A stretch of 64,000 nucleotides of DNA, from assembly GCA_003344405.1 (NCBI GenBank), contig NOWV01000110.1, positions 62,001 to 126,000 on the forward strand. Reading direction: 5' to 3'. The first letter of the stretch is position 1. Each line of letters begins with the position of its first letter. Shown here piece after piece: positions 25,573 to 40,405 of the stretch. This DNA is from Trichoplax sp. H2. Taxonomy: Eukaryota. The notes under the pieces were generated by a model. That model had not been told where the DNA came from, made no database searches, and saw only the letters and a program-made list of their open reading frames with translations. Made by a program: the position numbers and the translations under genes.

Positions 25573-28500
25573 TTTTTCGCTTGCACTACAATTGCATGTT
25601 GAAATTATAATTGCCATAGCAAAGTTATGCTACATTATTTATTATTTTAATGATAAAACATAGAATTGAATAAATTAGGTAAAGAATTAGAAAAATCACC
25701 ATCCAATCGATCTATTAGAAGACTTTTTTCCCTGCTGAATCTTAAGGCGTCATGCTTGCATACTGTAAATAAATAACCATCTTTTGCATTACTGCTCAAC
25801 TATGCGCAAGTAAAGTACTATGTACTAGCAGTACTACTGAGTGAGTACTGAAATATTCTACTTAAAAAAACTGATATGCAATGTATCACCATCAGGTGGC
25901 TTGCATACTTATATAGATTCCACTTTAGGCAATAAACTGATTCAGGGAGTTGAGCTGAGCTTGTTGGAAGTTACCAAAATAAATAATGTGAATTCAGGAT
26001 TGCTGCTATTTGTTTAGTTAATGAATTTTGGTGTCTATAACACAGCATAATCTGTCCATACCCTATCCATTGTATAATGTGCTGCATGTTCTACATTAAG
26101 AATAGTATGAAATTGATCGTATTTTGATTTAAAATTGAGGAATAGGTATTACTGTTGAAGGTATCCTAATTATTTTAATCACTAGGGCGAATTACTGTCA
26201 ACCGATATTTTAATAGACTAAGCAATTGTGTTGATTTAAGTTGCCCCTGAATGGTTCGGAGACTATTCACCATAATTCTTCCTTTCCCCCGTCACTGTAA
26301 GTAGAACTTGCAACGTATCAGAGATTTTTCTTTCCCTGATGATTATCCACCCTCGTAGAAAGCTTTTCCCTTCATGGTCCTGATAAGCGTCTATGTTTTC
26401 CTTTTACTCTAGTGTACCAGTATTCATTCTTGGGAAAGATTCAAACTCCAACAGAAATAAACATGCTATGCATGTACCGTATGTAGTGATTTACAGAACT
26501 TCCACATTACTTTATAGATGCAAGGCTGTATTGGTCGCAGCTTATTTATTTTCTTTGAAGTCCTGATTCACAATCACTCAAATACGTTAACGATGAATTT
26601 ATATTTTGTAGGATAAGTCAGCAACCTGAAAATAATTAGATATACTTGTTTATAATAGAGTACCAAGCAGGTATTCGCCGAATATCATTACATTAGTGAC
26701 TTCTCCATGTATATAGTCGTCGCATAAATACCCAGTGAGTACAGCAATAATTTAGAAACACTTTGATATTGGATAGTTATTATTACAGCGAGCTTATAAA
26801 CATAGGTTACTACCCTTTAACGAGTAAGGGTATAATCTACGCCCTATTACAGTAAGCTAATCACTTAGTCTATTGACAAGAAAATTACATCTTGGTAAAA
26901 TCGTTTTATTTACATCGAAAGTTAAAATTCCGCTTACGACGCGATAAAGTACAGGTGCTCAATTTTCAGAGATGGTATTGTTTATATTCATAATCACGGC
27001 AAAAAGTTTTGCCATGTATTATGAATCGATTGATCAAGAGTAGCCTATGAAGCTTACCATTCACACTGTTGTCGTTTTACTTCTTTAACTTAAAAACTAT
27101 CCATACAGTACTGTAAAACTTTGTAATATAATCATAAACTATATCACTACGTTTGCAATAAAACCTGTTCTACTAACACGGCTCAGTATGTAAATTATAC
27201 AAAAAATTTATAATAATCAATTTTATTACTGTTGTTCTTGGATTGAGATGTTACTTAATAGCACTAAATGCTCTTAAAAGATGAGGGGGAAAGTTCTTAC
27301 GACATCAGATCTTAGGATAGAAGGACAGAGACCAATAGTGACCGGAAAATATAACTGCTTAAATATTTAGCTTACTTTATTTACAACATTAAAATTGCAA
27401 ACTTGATCTCTTAACATTTACAGAAATTAGTATGAGAAAGCAATCATGTAATTAGTATTCATTAAATTCTACGATGCTGCAATCAAGCTGAAATCAATAA
27501 ACTTAAATTAATTATGGTAAACATTACTCATATAGACTGGGTACTATTTCAGGTTCTATCTTACTTTACTTCTACGTAACCTGTTGGCAATAATAAATAA
27601 TCTAACAGGCTCATTACAACATTTAAATGACATTTGATACATGGCAGTAATTATATGATGATTGATAATGCCAATATTGATTAATTCCTCTTTAATAATA
27701 GTTTGAATTTAAGTGAATGTGATTATTACCCTTTCTCCTGAAAGGCTCCTTTGTACATGATCTTGATGCATGTCCATCTATCTCTAATTCTTTACTGTAC
27801 TGTAAATAGATTTATTTTTGAGGAAAAAAGCGAACTCCCACAAATAGATACCCCATAAATACATGTAGTGATTAACACATTTTCTGATCAATTTTTATAG
27901 ATCCAAGACTGTATTGGAGCCGGTTGTGTTTATTTTCTTAAAGTTCGTATTGGAAATCGTTCAAATACTTTGCTATAAATCTCATTCCTTGTCTATAAGA
28001 TAGGTCAACAACCAAAAGATAACAAGATGAACTTGTATTTGATTGATTACCATGCCGATTTTCGTAAATGATCATGACGGTAACGACTTTTCGACGCCAA
28101 CCAATTATTGCATACATACCTAGCCAATAAAGTATTAATTTTAAAGACATTTTGATAAAGGACATGGGTAGATACTATTCTAACGAGCTTATAACCGTGA
28201 GTTAGTATCCTTTCAACAGTAACTGGCTGGCTCTTAATCTACATTCTATTACAGTAAGCCAATTAACTCCATCTATTGACATGAGAATTGCACCCAGATA
28301 GAATAGCATTCATTCTTTGCATGATATTATGTCAAAGATTAAAAAGCGGCTTACCTCATGATAAATTTTGATACTCAATTTGACGGGAAAGGTCATGTCA
28401 TATCAAATTAATGATCATCGCAATCTTGTAATAACATATATTATAAATGAGTCGATTGAGGAAGGATTATCTATGAAAATTATTATTTGTACAGTAGCAG

Positions 28501-30354
28501 TTTCACTTCTTCAATTTATAAACTAGCCGTCAAGCGTAATGTTGTAAAATGCTATATAGGCTACATCGTTCAACCTAAATCGATTGTGTTCATGACAAAT
28601 AGATTGAGTCAAGAAATTAGGCAATTCTTCCTTGATGATCAAGATCACTATTTCTGTTCTCACTCCAGTATGAATATCGATTCTGGTATACTGTAGATAG
28701 TACGATCTATTTCAGGGATACATTTCTAATTTATTCAATCTAATACTAACCTTTTAAAATACGATCATGACTAACTGGCTAGAGTCATGCTCGTCGTCAG
28801 CAAGATACTCGACAACAGTCTAACTGTCTCGTCGTTCTCGGCCAACTGTAATGGAGTAGCGATTGCATTTAATATTTATAACATTGTTCGTAGCACTCAA
28901 TGTTGTTTTATGTGGTTTCTACAGATAGCGACTTTGGCAGATGCTAAAAGTTTTCTTCGATTTCTCTATTTGGAGATAGGATAGAACAGCTTATCGTTGG
29001 TAGTTATGCCCAAGAGAGAAAGGAGATATTCCCTAAGAGTTCATATATTGTCGTAGCTTTCAGAGGATTAATTAAGGGAGATTGCTTGCGATTGCAGCAC
29101 ATTGAAAGTCTTCCTACGGGTACTGATCGTTTAAAACTTCTCTAAAACCTTGCAGTATAGTGCAAATAGTTTTCAGCATTGTGATTTTGAAATTCTATTT
29201 TATTACTATAGCCTTATGTAGATACAGTACATCTTGCTAAAACTCCAAATCCGCAAGGTCACGAACACCGAATAAAGTAACTGTATGCAGCCCCTAAGAT
29301 AGCTTAGATTGTGATCCAAGCAAGATTGTATGAGAATAGCTTAAATTGCATCGTCAACGTTTGCCTGTTTTACGGTATTATTCTTTGTCTATTTTTAATA
29401 ATTTAATACCAGGGTTTATACAACTACAGTTTGACAATATGCATACAGTTAGGATACGATGAATCTTATTATTTAAATTTAAACTTTGGGTCCCTAAACT
29501 TAACAATTTGGCCAATTTTATTTTATTTGTGCTGATAGTACATACAGTAGTATAGCTAAAATGACACTGTAAGTCTGTTTCATCCTTCTTGATTTCTCCC
29601 TATAGTATGTGAGTAACTACCAATGATCTCCGTATCCTCAGAAAGTTACAGCAACCACTGGTCTTTATGCGATAAAAAGTGAACTTAAACTTTATTAAAA
29701 GTTGAGTCAATTTGTACTTCAATGGCACTATCCATTAGTTATCAATACTTAAAGATAGAAATATTAATTAACATAGTTATCGATTAAAAATATTACACGC
29801 GTAATATGTCAATTTTATGATATTATCAATAAATTCCAAGATAAAGCCTACTAGAAAACTGTATTAATCGGATACCATATTTTTCTATGTCTTACTTTCA
29901 CAACGACAACAAAATCAGTTATTACGGTAGAAATTCTTGTTTACTTAGTTGCTATAGATAATTAAATTATTCACAGTCGTGATATACAATACTGATAGTA
30001 GTCCAACATTGCATGATAAATTTAAATTCTGCAAAATTGGATGTAGCGCGGAAAAGCTTGCCAGGGCAAATAAGCGAAGTTAGTCTATGCCTATTAGATA
30101 TATAAATAGAAGTAGTACTTGATACATCTTTCTATAATCATGTCAACTTGAACAATATATAAGCTTAAACGGGATGTATATGACCCGAATATAATTTATA
30201 ATTAAGGGCAAAACGGCCACTAATATAAACAAGGGAAGGATACAAAAGTATTTTATCGTGGTACTAAATTTAATAATTCTTTATCTGATATTAATTTAAA
30301 CTTCTTCTATGGCAAGTTATGATCTTTGACTTATACAGCATAACAGAAAGTAAA

Positions 30355-31164
30355 TTACGGTTCTACTATCAATTTAAATTTTACTTCCTGTTGTATACAT
30401 GCACAATGGATTGGTACATATAATGAAAACACTGCTTTCTTATCCACTGAGGGCCAACTGTCATCTAAAACATCGTATTCAAACTCAATTCGCTGCTTCA
30501 TATTCGCTTTTTCACATTTTTCAATCATTTTAGGTGAACAGCCTGCATAATCACAGCTTGTATAGGCATATTGAGAAGGCCCACGAAGCGTAAAGTTGGA
30601 TAATACTTGTGGAGGTATGAATGCTTGTAGTTTCTCAGCGACAAAGCAAGTGAAACCAAAGTTGTCTGTTTCTAGCGATTTTTTAATCTTTGTGGATGTA
30701 TGCTTCAAACCTTTGGTGTTATCGATTTCTTTCACTGAATGCGAACCCAATTTTGTTTCCTTGCACATTGCATCTTCGGATTGAGAAGATCGTGCACTAC
30801 CATAGGGTAAGGCGATTAAAAGAATCATCATTACTGGGATTATCAACAATTTTGAAATGGTGGAGCGTACCTATATTTTCAAAGACAAAGCAAAATCAGT
30901 TAATGTTTCTCATGCATTCCATTGACGTAAGTTAGCAATGAATTAAGCTAAATAAAGAATTGAGACTAATTATTTAAATTTTAAATGTTATAAACTCTTA
31001 AATGAAATGGTTAGTAATAAACTTACTATGTATGACAATAATACCAACAATTACTACCATTATTATTACAAGAAACTAAGACTAATATCTATTCGAGCTA
31101 GCTAAGCAGGTTAAGAATTTAAATTAAGAACAAAAAACAGTACATTCTAAATTATTCTCACCAT
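30355..31164 (-). CDS. Secreted cystine-knot protein B (paralog of A), 172 aa; exons 31164-31162 (ATG only) and 30870-30355
   Basis: Same ATG|gtgaga first exon and identical Cys spacing. Shared motifs CxYAGCSP, KQRIEFEY, SWPS.DKK and VP..C.C. One extra Cys in the pro-region. Confidence 0.85.
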
Positions 31165-34100
31165 TTTGCCACTTGATGTCAACGATAATTAGATTGAAAC
31201 TGACTTGAGAGATTAAAACTTTAACGAGTCCAAATTAATGATCGCCTTTTTAGTTTAGAAACTACCGGTGCTGGTGATGAATTGAATTTTGTAAGAAGAT
31301 CAGCCCTTTTTATGTTGTTCGCTTGCTCTCCAATTGTAAGTCGAGATGATGATCACTATGGCATAAATAAGCAGCATTGTTTATTATTTTAATATTATAA
31401 TGTAGCAATATTGCATAAATTACGCAAATTACTATAAAATCACCTTCTAAATGATTCCTAAGCAGATTTTTTCCCTTTTCGATGATTTAATGAGATCTGG
31501 TTATAGACTGTAAATAAATAATCATGGTCTACACTGCTATTCAGCTATGAGCAAGTAAAGGGTTGTAGCACCGCATTAGCAGCACTACTGTTTTAAAAGT
31601 CTATCGAGATATTCTTCCCTGAAAACAGATAGCTGCAGCATCACGAGCGGAAAGTTCGACTAGTGCTACTTACTTCATTTTGGGCGATAGTTCGATTCAT
31701 GAGGTTGAGCTGAGTTTATTCGAATTTATGCAAAATAATATGGATTCATTACAGGATTGTTGCTATTTGTTTACATAATGAATTGTGATGATGATTATGA
31801 TACAGTATTATCTGTCGATACCCTACTTTTTCACTGTATAAGATATTGCATATTCTACAGTAATGACTGAAGTATGTCTATCGTATTTTGATTTAAAATT
31901 GGGGGAGTTGATATTACTGTTGAAAGTATCCCAATTATTCTAACCACTATGTTGAATTACTGTCAGTCCATGTTTAATGGACAAAGCGTCTTTATTGAGT
32001 TGAACAGCCCCTGACGGATTCGAAGATTACTTGCCAAAGTGTATCCTTTTCCCTACGATTGTATGTTTAACTAGGAGTACACCAGGGATTTGTCTTTCCC
32101 TGATGATTACCCATCCTCCTGAAAGGATACTTCGTATATAGTTGTGATACACGTCCATTTATCTCTACTAAACTAATATACACGCATTCATCCTCGGGGA
32201 AGAATTCGAATCCCAAAAGAAATGGATACCCCATACATGCATGTCACGATAGACAGAATTTCTAGATTATTTTAGAGATCTAAGAATGTAAAGATGCCGG
32301 TTTTATTTATTTTCTTGAATTCCCAAAAGGTGAAAGCTCGAATATTTATGGATTAAATTCCTATTTTGTAGGATAGACTAACAACCTAAAGATAATTAGA
32401 TAAACGTAGATGTGGTTGATTGCTAAATCTATTTTCGTAGATAATCATTACAGTAATGAATTTTGGACTTTTCATGATCAATACATAAATAGCCAGCGAG
32501 TGTGATGTTAATTTTAAAGACACTTTGATATTGGATAGTTATTATCATAACGAGCATATAAACAAGAATCAATATCCTTCAACAACTAAAGGTCTAGCTC
32601 TTAGTCTACGTCCTACGGCAGTAAGCCAATCAACTCAATCTATTGGCAAGAAAACGATATCTAGACAGAATGATATTATTTACATGATATTATATCTAAA
32701 GTTAAAATTCAGCTTGCTTTATGATATAGGACCGACGCTAAATTTTAAGAGGATGATACTACTTGCTTTCATGGCCAAGGTAAATCTTGTAATACAAATT
32801 ATAAATGAATGGATTGAACTGGGGTTTACCTATGGAAGTCATTTATACAATTGCGATTTAATTTCTTCAATTTAAAAGCTGACTAGTGATGCAGTACTGT
32901 TAAAATGTTATAACGTTATCGTGGACAATGCCTTTGCATTTGTAATAAATCTGTTCTGCTAACTCTACCCAGCATGTGAGTTACACGAAGAATTTTATAT
33001 TAACCAATTATCTTTTTGATTCTCTAACGATTGAGATACTGCACTATGAAATAGTGTAACAAACTCTAACAGTCGAAGAAGAAAACTTCTTACAATAGAT
33101 CTTGAAAAGGGAGAACTAAGAATAAAAGCGTAAGAAATGCATATCTGCTTGAGTATTTAACCTACCTTATTTACAAGATAAAAATTAGTAACAAATCCCT
33201 CAATACTTTAAGAGCTACGTATAATGAAAACAATTCTATGATTAGTATTATATTTTTCAAAGTTCCAATCATTCAACTGAAGTTGTCATAAATATTATTG
33301 TACGGGTATGTACTTATAATCATCGGCTCTAGATTGGGTATTATATTCAAGTTCTACTTAGTTTACTCGACATAACCTGCTGATAAGAATAACTTTTCCA
33401 GCAGCTTTATTACAACATTGAAATGACATTTAATGATGGTAATTACACTATGATTTAGTCAATATCAATCGATTCTTCTTCAGTGATTGCTTTAAATCAA
33501 GCGAATCTGATGATTACCCTTCCTCATGAAAGGTGCTTGGTGGTATATGGTTACGATACACATCCATTCACTTCTATTACTCTACTATAGATGTACTAGC
33601 ATTCAATTTTTGGGGAAGATGGCGAAACCCAACAGAAATGAGCATGCTATGCATGCATATAGTGATTGACAGAATTTTTGTATCACTTTATAGATCCTAA
33701 ACTAGATTCGCAATCACTCAAATATATTGCTATAAATTTCATTCCTATTTCGTAAGATAGCTCAACAAAGTCAAGATAACGACCGTTCCATACTTTATAA
33801 TCATTACATAATTGGTCAGCGAGTGCCGAGAAATTTGAAGGCACTTTAATATTGGAAAGTTATTATTATAATGAGCTTATAACTATGGGTCATACAATAT
33901 CCATTAGCGATTAAAGAGCTTGCAGCTTAGTAAATGTCTTATTACAGTAAGCTAATTGACTCTGTTCTATTGGCCTAAAAACTCCATCCAGATAGACTAG
34001 TATTATGTGCTTGATATTACATCGAAGGAAATTTGAAGGGAAATATGATGTTATATTAATGATCATAGTGAAATCTTATAACAAGCATCATGAATCGATT

Positions 34101-37100
34101 GAACAGAGGTCACGTATGAAGATAATTATTCGTACAATTAAAGGTTTACTTCTTCAACTTCAAAACTAGCAGTTAAATATAATACTAGAAATGGTTATTA
34201 TATTGTAGGCTGTATCGTTTAGTCCAAATCGGTTGAATACATGACAAAATTATCCGATTGCAAAAATCAGGGTAATTCCACATCGATGTTCAAAACAAAT
34301 ATTTTTCCGCACTTTTAATATGAACAATAATTCTTGCGTAGATAGCACAATCCATTCGGGGGTACATTGCTGATAATTTATGCATTGTCGTATTAAAAAT
34401 GTGAAATGCTATCATGACTAATGTAGCTGGAGTCATGCTGTTCATCAGCAAGATACTCCACGGTGGTCTAATTGTCTCTTTGTTTCCGGTAAACTGCCAC
34501 GGGGAAACGGCTGCTTGTTGCTATTAATAATTAATCTATGTTTTTCGTGCCACTTAAAGCTGCAATTTCGCTTCTATATGGGGATTTAAAGCAGTAGCTT
34601 TGGTTGATACTAAAACTTTTAATCGATTTCTCCATTTGGAGATAAAATAGCACTTGGGATTGTTGGCAGCTATGCCTAATAAGGGAGAAGTGAGATTCCA
34701 GAAGAATTCAGATTTAATGGCATTCCATAGAATTAAGAAACATCCTAAGGGATTGAAGCATATTGAAAGTCTTCCTAAGGGTGTTGATCTTTAAAAAGCT
34801 TCTGTAATTTTGCAATATAGTGAAATTGTTTTCTACATTGTGTTTTTTGTCATTAGATTATATTTCTGCAGCCGAATGTGGATAGGATACATCGAGCTGA
34901 ATTTTTAAATATGCAAGGTTATGAGCACTGAACAAGGTAATTCTAACCTTAATTTAATAGAGTTCAATTATTCGTTATTCCTAGCACTCGTCCTTTTTAG
35001 ATTAGCAATAATTCTCTTATGTCAGAACTTTGGGTCAAATTAATACACTCTATTATAATTGCAATTTCAATAGAATTTCAATAGATAGTCTATATCCTAT
35101 ATGTCAAACTTAGTTATTCTTCAATTGTAGTTTTTTTCATCTGAACTCTCATAAATATTATTTAAATCGAAAATACAAAGTGATACGAAGTTAGGGTAAA
35201 AAACGGAAAGGCCAGTTTTCAGCTATGGCTGTTACTAAATTTTATTTTAAAGTTTTTATGTGGTAAAAGGTTTGCATTTTGCTACTGTTGACGAACTATA
35301 ATAAGCTAAAGTATTATAGAAATAGTAGATGTTGATAGGATCATCACGTTCAAATAAATAGGACCAGCTGTATCGTGAGCAAAATTAACTAACTAAAATA
35401 TCTGTTGAAATTAATATAAGAGATTCTATACTAATAGGGATGTATTATCCATTGTTAATGATTACAAGAACATTATCGATTAAAGGTTTATGAACAAGGT
35501 TATCAGTTATTTATGCCTTATTGGAAAACGTAGATAGTAATATGCGGTATATTGGTGTCAATAGAAGTCGCTACTGCACTAATTTGCAAGTTAATTTTAC
35601 TTATCAGACGATAAATGATGTTTTTGTCAATTGCATATAAAGTAAAATCTTTCTCTAATGGGTAGTTTTTATCCTTCGTTAAGATTGCACTCCCAATAAA
35701 TTGGAAGACAAGCTATTACTATTACTCCATGCTAAGATTTTCTTTGGATTTGAATTTTATTGCACCGGTCAATTTAATTTCCTAGCATAATGAACGAGTT
35801 ATTTACGTTATTTTCTGGGGAATATTTTCTAACTTTGATAAACCTTAGAAAAATTTTTGAATAGGCGGCCATAAACGTATACGAGTGTATATATATATAC
35901 ATACAATCTACAGGGCGATTCATTCTTTCAATTTGTCCTATAAATGAAGAGTTGTCTGTCATTCGTAATACCAATTTCATTATTGAGAAGTTAAAATAAA
36001 TAAAATTGTATGAAAAGCATATTCAAACGGTGTCAATATGCTATCATACAGCTCAGTTGGGTGAATTAAGATCATGCAAAGAGCTTAAATTAATTATATG
36101 CAATTCGGTCTTTGTGGACGAAGGGAACTAGTCATCTTAAGAATAATCAAGAGCCGAAAATACTAATATTTTCCAGTAGACTTTGTAACAAGGGCAAGAT
36201 CAAAACTGTAAAATTATTTGCTGTAGATTTTAAGCGGTATTCTCTCAGTATTAATTATTATTCACTTGGGAATACATAACAAGGTGAGAATAATCAAGTG
36301 TACAATATGGCTTTCATGGAATAGTTATTGTATCTCTCTGCCACAAATTGCTTGTAACAAAGACACTCAATCCAAAAGTTTAGAGTAAACACTCTGCGAT
36401 AATGTTGTAAATAGTGTTAGATATTACGATATATGTTACATTAGCCATTAGATAGAGCGTTAAGTATATGATTAGAATATCATGAATACCATCTGTATAA
36501 GTACTTACAATATGATGACCTGTATGTAGTCTTGTAATACCGTACATTATTATACTGTAAAAGGCGGACTGATAATTTATTATATATATATGTATATGTT
36601 GTAAAGTAAATAATAGCTATAATAGTTAGTAATTAGATGTAAGCTTAAAATGCCACGACGTAAAAAGGCAAAATGTGTAAACTGGAATATCTATAAATAC
36701 CCAGCGTTTTTAATAATAAAGGCAACATAACAGGTTCTTTATTTAGTCAACAGCAGGCTAAATTCATCTACGAATGCATGGATTAACTTACGTCTATTAT
36801 ATAATTATCCAAAACGATTGCATAGCATAAAGGTGTAGATTAACCTCCTTTTATTATCCAAGACCGATTGCCTGGTATACAGTATATTATACAGTATATT
36901 AATACAACGCCGACTATACTTTGAGTAAAATAAAAGACAACTATTAAACACTCATGATCAGTGATGTCAAACCATCCAACTTTGAGCTATAATTACGCCG
37001 AGCTTCTATAATTTTCTCAGCCTTTGCTGGTACACACGAAATTAATATTTACGTACAATGAATAAAACAAGTTAACGATGAAGAAGCTATTTTAAGGGTA

Positions 37101-40100
37101 AAGGGCTTTATTCGCTAATTCGTTTTTCAATAAAGATAGATAGCTTCTTCTATAACCAAGACTTCAAAAAATTCTTTAATCAGGCCAATCTCCATATAGA
37201 TTTCATGAGAATATTGTTGTAACAAGCAATTTTAGTTCAAATAGCTGCTATCCTATCATCATTTACAGGCTAATATAAAGTTTCAAAGCATTATAGATTG
37301 CAAAACTTTTTAAAAGGCAATGAATTATGTTTTCCAATTGCGAGATAGTATGAGAGCACTCTGCATAATTATAAATTATATACCGTAGTGTATATGTTAA
37401 TATATGCATACTTCAACTGTATTCCCTAACACATAACTAATGTAATTAGCTAAAGTCATTAAAAATGCGAAATTGTGGTCAATCCTCTTTCGCCTACTGT
37501 CGATCATATTTATAGCAACTTTATGTTTCGTAACAATTGAGTATAATTATAATTAGTTATGTTGCGTAACGTAGAATAAGACTAATTGTATATGGATAAT
37601 TCAATGGATCGGTAGGATATAGGATTAGTTGCCATTTAGAGAATGGCACAAATGCCCTTAAAAGTAAGCAGATATTTTATGGTAGATAACAATTTGCATT
37701 CAAAAATGGGATAGTGAGTGAAAGCATTGAATGCGTATAAGCTGCCATGTACAATGTGAGAAATACAAGCACTGTAACTAGCACAAATGAAATTAGAGAC
37801 AGGAATAAGTAGTATTATTGTTTGTATTATTTAAGATGGAAAGCATGTTGTGAGTAAGATTTCAGGATGAAATACGTCATTTTTTTTTATAATAGTAAAT
37901 AGAACGGCGAAGAGTGAAGGATGGTAAGAAATGGTTAAACTGCTCGTAATTGCTGTATACGGTATAACAGGATGTACTACATTTTTATCTAGGGCAGGAG
38001 AACCTAAATAGAAGGTGTATTTAAAGTAATCTAGGATATCTATGATCAAGGAAATGCTGAAAGCACAATATATTTCTTAATCTACTACAACTGGCGTCTT
38101 TACAATCATGATGCATGTTGACTTTGCTACGAAGAGAAATTGGATTTAGGATCTCATTTTATTCACATAATACTTCCTTCCAGTTCAATGTTCCATTTTT
38201 AATTAATCAATCATCTTTCACTTAGTGGTATTAACTTTTATTCATCAACTTTATACTTCTTCATTATAAATTACTGGGACTTGTTTCCTAGTATACAAGT
38301 ACACTATGTGATGATACAAATAGTATATTACAACACTAAGCAGGTATGCTTCGCTATACGGACAAAAAAAAGTTAAAATTTTCACTTTGTTAGCGTGATT
38401 TCTCTCTCCTACTCTACAGCTTACTACCAAGGAATATCTATAATAATATATAATATATTTTGATCTGAAGCAAATTTGAGCTGCACTACATATTATAAGC
38501 TAATAAGATCCAAGAGAATACTCGTCCCATTCAAGCAAGTCTTGAGATAATAATAATATTATAAATGACCAGATCAACAAGGATTCAGTCGTCTAAAAAT
38601 ATTTTAAGATCGCCACTAGTACTGTGATTGTATCCACAGTTCTTGCACTCCTGTTTGTTATCATCGTCTCATCCACGTGCATCAAAAACGAATTTTATTA
38701 TTAATAAATTGTCTTGCTAATAAGAGCTTAAGAACATTAAAGGAACACATCGCGTGATCGGTACGGAAGCATAGCAAGAAATTACATGTTTATAATGGCT
38801 ATGAAAGCATCCATTGAAAAATGATCACGAAGTGTTAGAATGGGGAAGACATAAAGTAATTGCATCCTAAAATCATGGTGATATGCAAATGAGACGGCTT
38901 CAAGGATTGAAGCGAGTAGAATTATCGTAATGCAGCATGCTTAATCCCCTTAGCTAGCTAGACGAATGATTTAACGCTGTGATATCATCGTATATGATAG
39001 CATTCTGTATCATATGCCGTCATCAATTGAAAAATAACCCAATAATAGCCAGTATTAAGATTACGGAAATAGTATTATAGCCAAAACAATAATATCTAAT
39101 AGTGTGATATTGTTTATGAATGTTATCATCCACGCGTATCTTTCTTTTAATCAGTATCGCTATTATTGTTGTGCTGAAGATTATTGTTCTATCCTAGCGG
39201 ATATAATCTTATTTACCCTTTCAAATAGTGACAAATAAATTAAATGTTATGATAATTGCATAAAAAAAATTTTAAGCGGATTCACTAGTTGTCACAGCAT
39301 CAGTTGCATAATAGAAAAATGCTTCTTTCTCATTCATGATTATTCCGAATTGATTGGAGAAGAAATTAGTTGACGAGGTCCATAAGTCGAATGTGATCTT
39401 CATTCATGGTAGAATAATTATTTTGATACTGATTTAGTCGAGATATTGCGACTTTTTTACCCCTTGCTATAGTATAGTTATCACAGATTAGAGAAGAGCA
39501 CTCTTGACTTGTTCATATTCGGAACTACAATAAATATTTTTAAATAGATTTGGGTAATAGTAGGATTTGTACTTTTTCGCTCAAATTCATGAAAACGATT
39601 TTCATCACCAGACACTAGTGGAGCCAATCCAAGAAGGAAACTACAGGCTTATTCATATCACAAATAAATTTAAACTCTACAATTAATGGTAAGTACCGGT
39701 ATTGCATTTCAAGTTTTCGTGAGAGATGATTTTTGATTAAAGTTCCTCAAATAAGGGTGATTGATTGCCGTCAAGTTCTAGTTACTGCTTCGCTAGAATC
39801 AAAAATAAAACTGAACGTGACTTTGATGGTGATATTATGGATTAGAACTATTACAAGAAAAGTTATATATATTTAAATATCAAATACTGAGGGATTCTTC
39901 CTATTTTTGTTGAGCTCTAGGTAATTAAGCAGGAAAGAAATTAATATATGCTGTACCTTTAAGGACGTTTTAATTACTATTACAATAGCGAGATCATGAA
40001 TTCAAATGACTCAAATAAGGTATTCGGGATTTTTACGTATAAAATAATGAAAAGGCCCATGTAGTTCTAGCAGATAGTGAAAACAGGATTTGGAATTACT

Positions 40101-40405
40101 TATGACAACAAGTTCTGAGTATAATCTTAAAGATCAAAGTTCCAAGGTGTTGAGTAGACATGCTGGATTTTTAAACCTCTGATGATGCGAAATAATTCTA
40201 GATGGTGAACAACTAGTTTTGGCTGATAATATTTACTAGTTAGTAAAGATATTTAATGTATAAATTATCACATGATGATCGCATGAGTGAAATAGTATGT
40301 GCAACCTAATTTAAATTTCTAATTTGTTTCTGAATCGCCAAACCTTGGCTATTGTTGATTTATAGTCCTGACTAATGGCAAAAGGTGGCTGTGGATAAGT
40401 GAAAT

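Larger units (their letters stand above)
23940..34930. repeat. Diverged tandem segmental duplication: unit A ~23940-29280, unit B ~29425-34930
   Basis: Collinear matches throughout: acagtttgaxaatatgcat at 23941/29426, gttgagctgag at ~25949/31703, ttggatagttatta at 26770/32531, attgaaagtcttccta at 29101/34762, gcaaggtxaxgaxcacxgaa at 29253/34913. Confidence 0.9.

Noticed and set aside
35000-40400. Short ORFs at 35774 and 37831 in the region upstream of mucin B
   Set aside because: No domain features or splice support; consistent with chance ORFs in AT-rich intergenic DNA.
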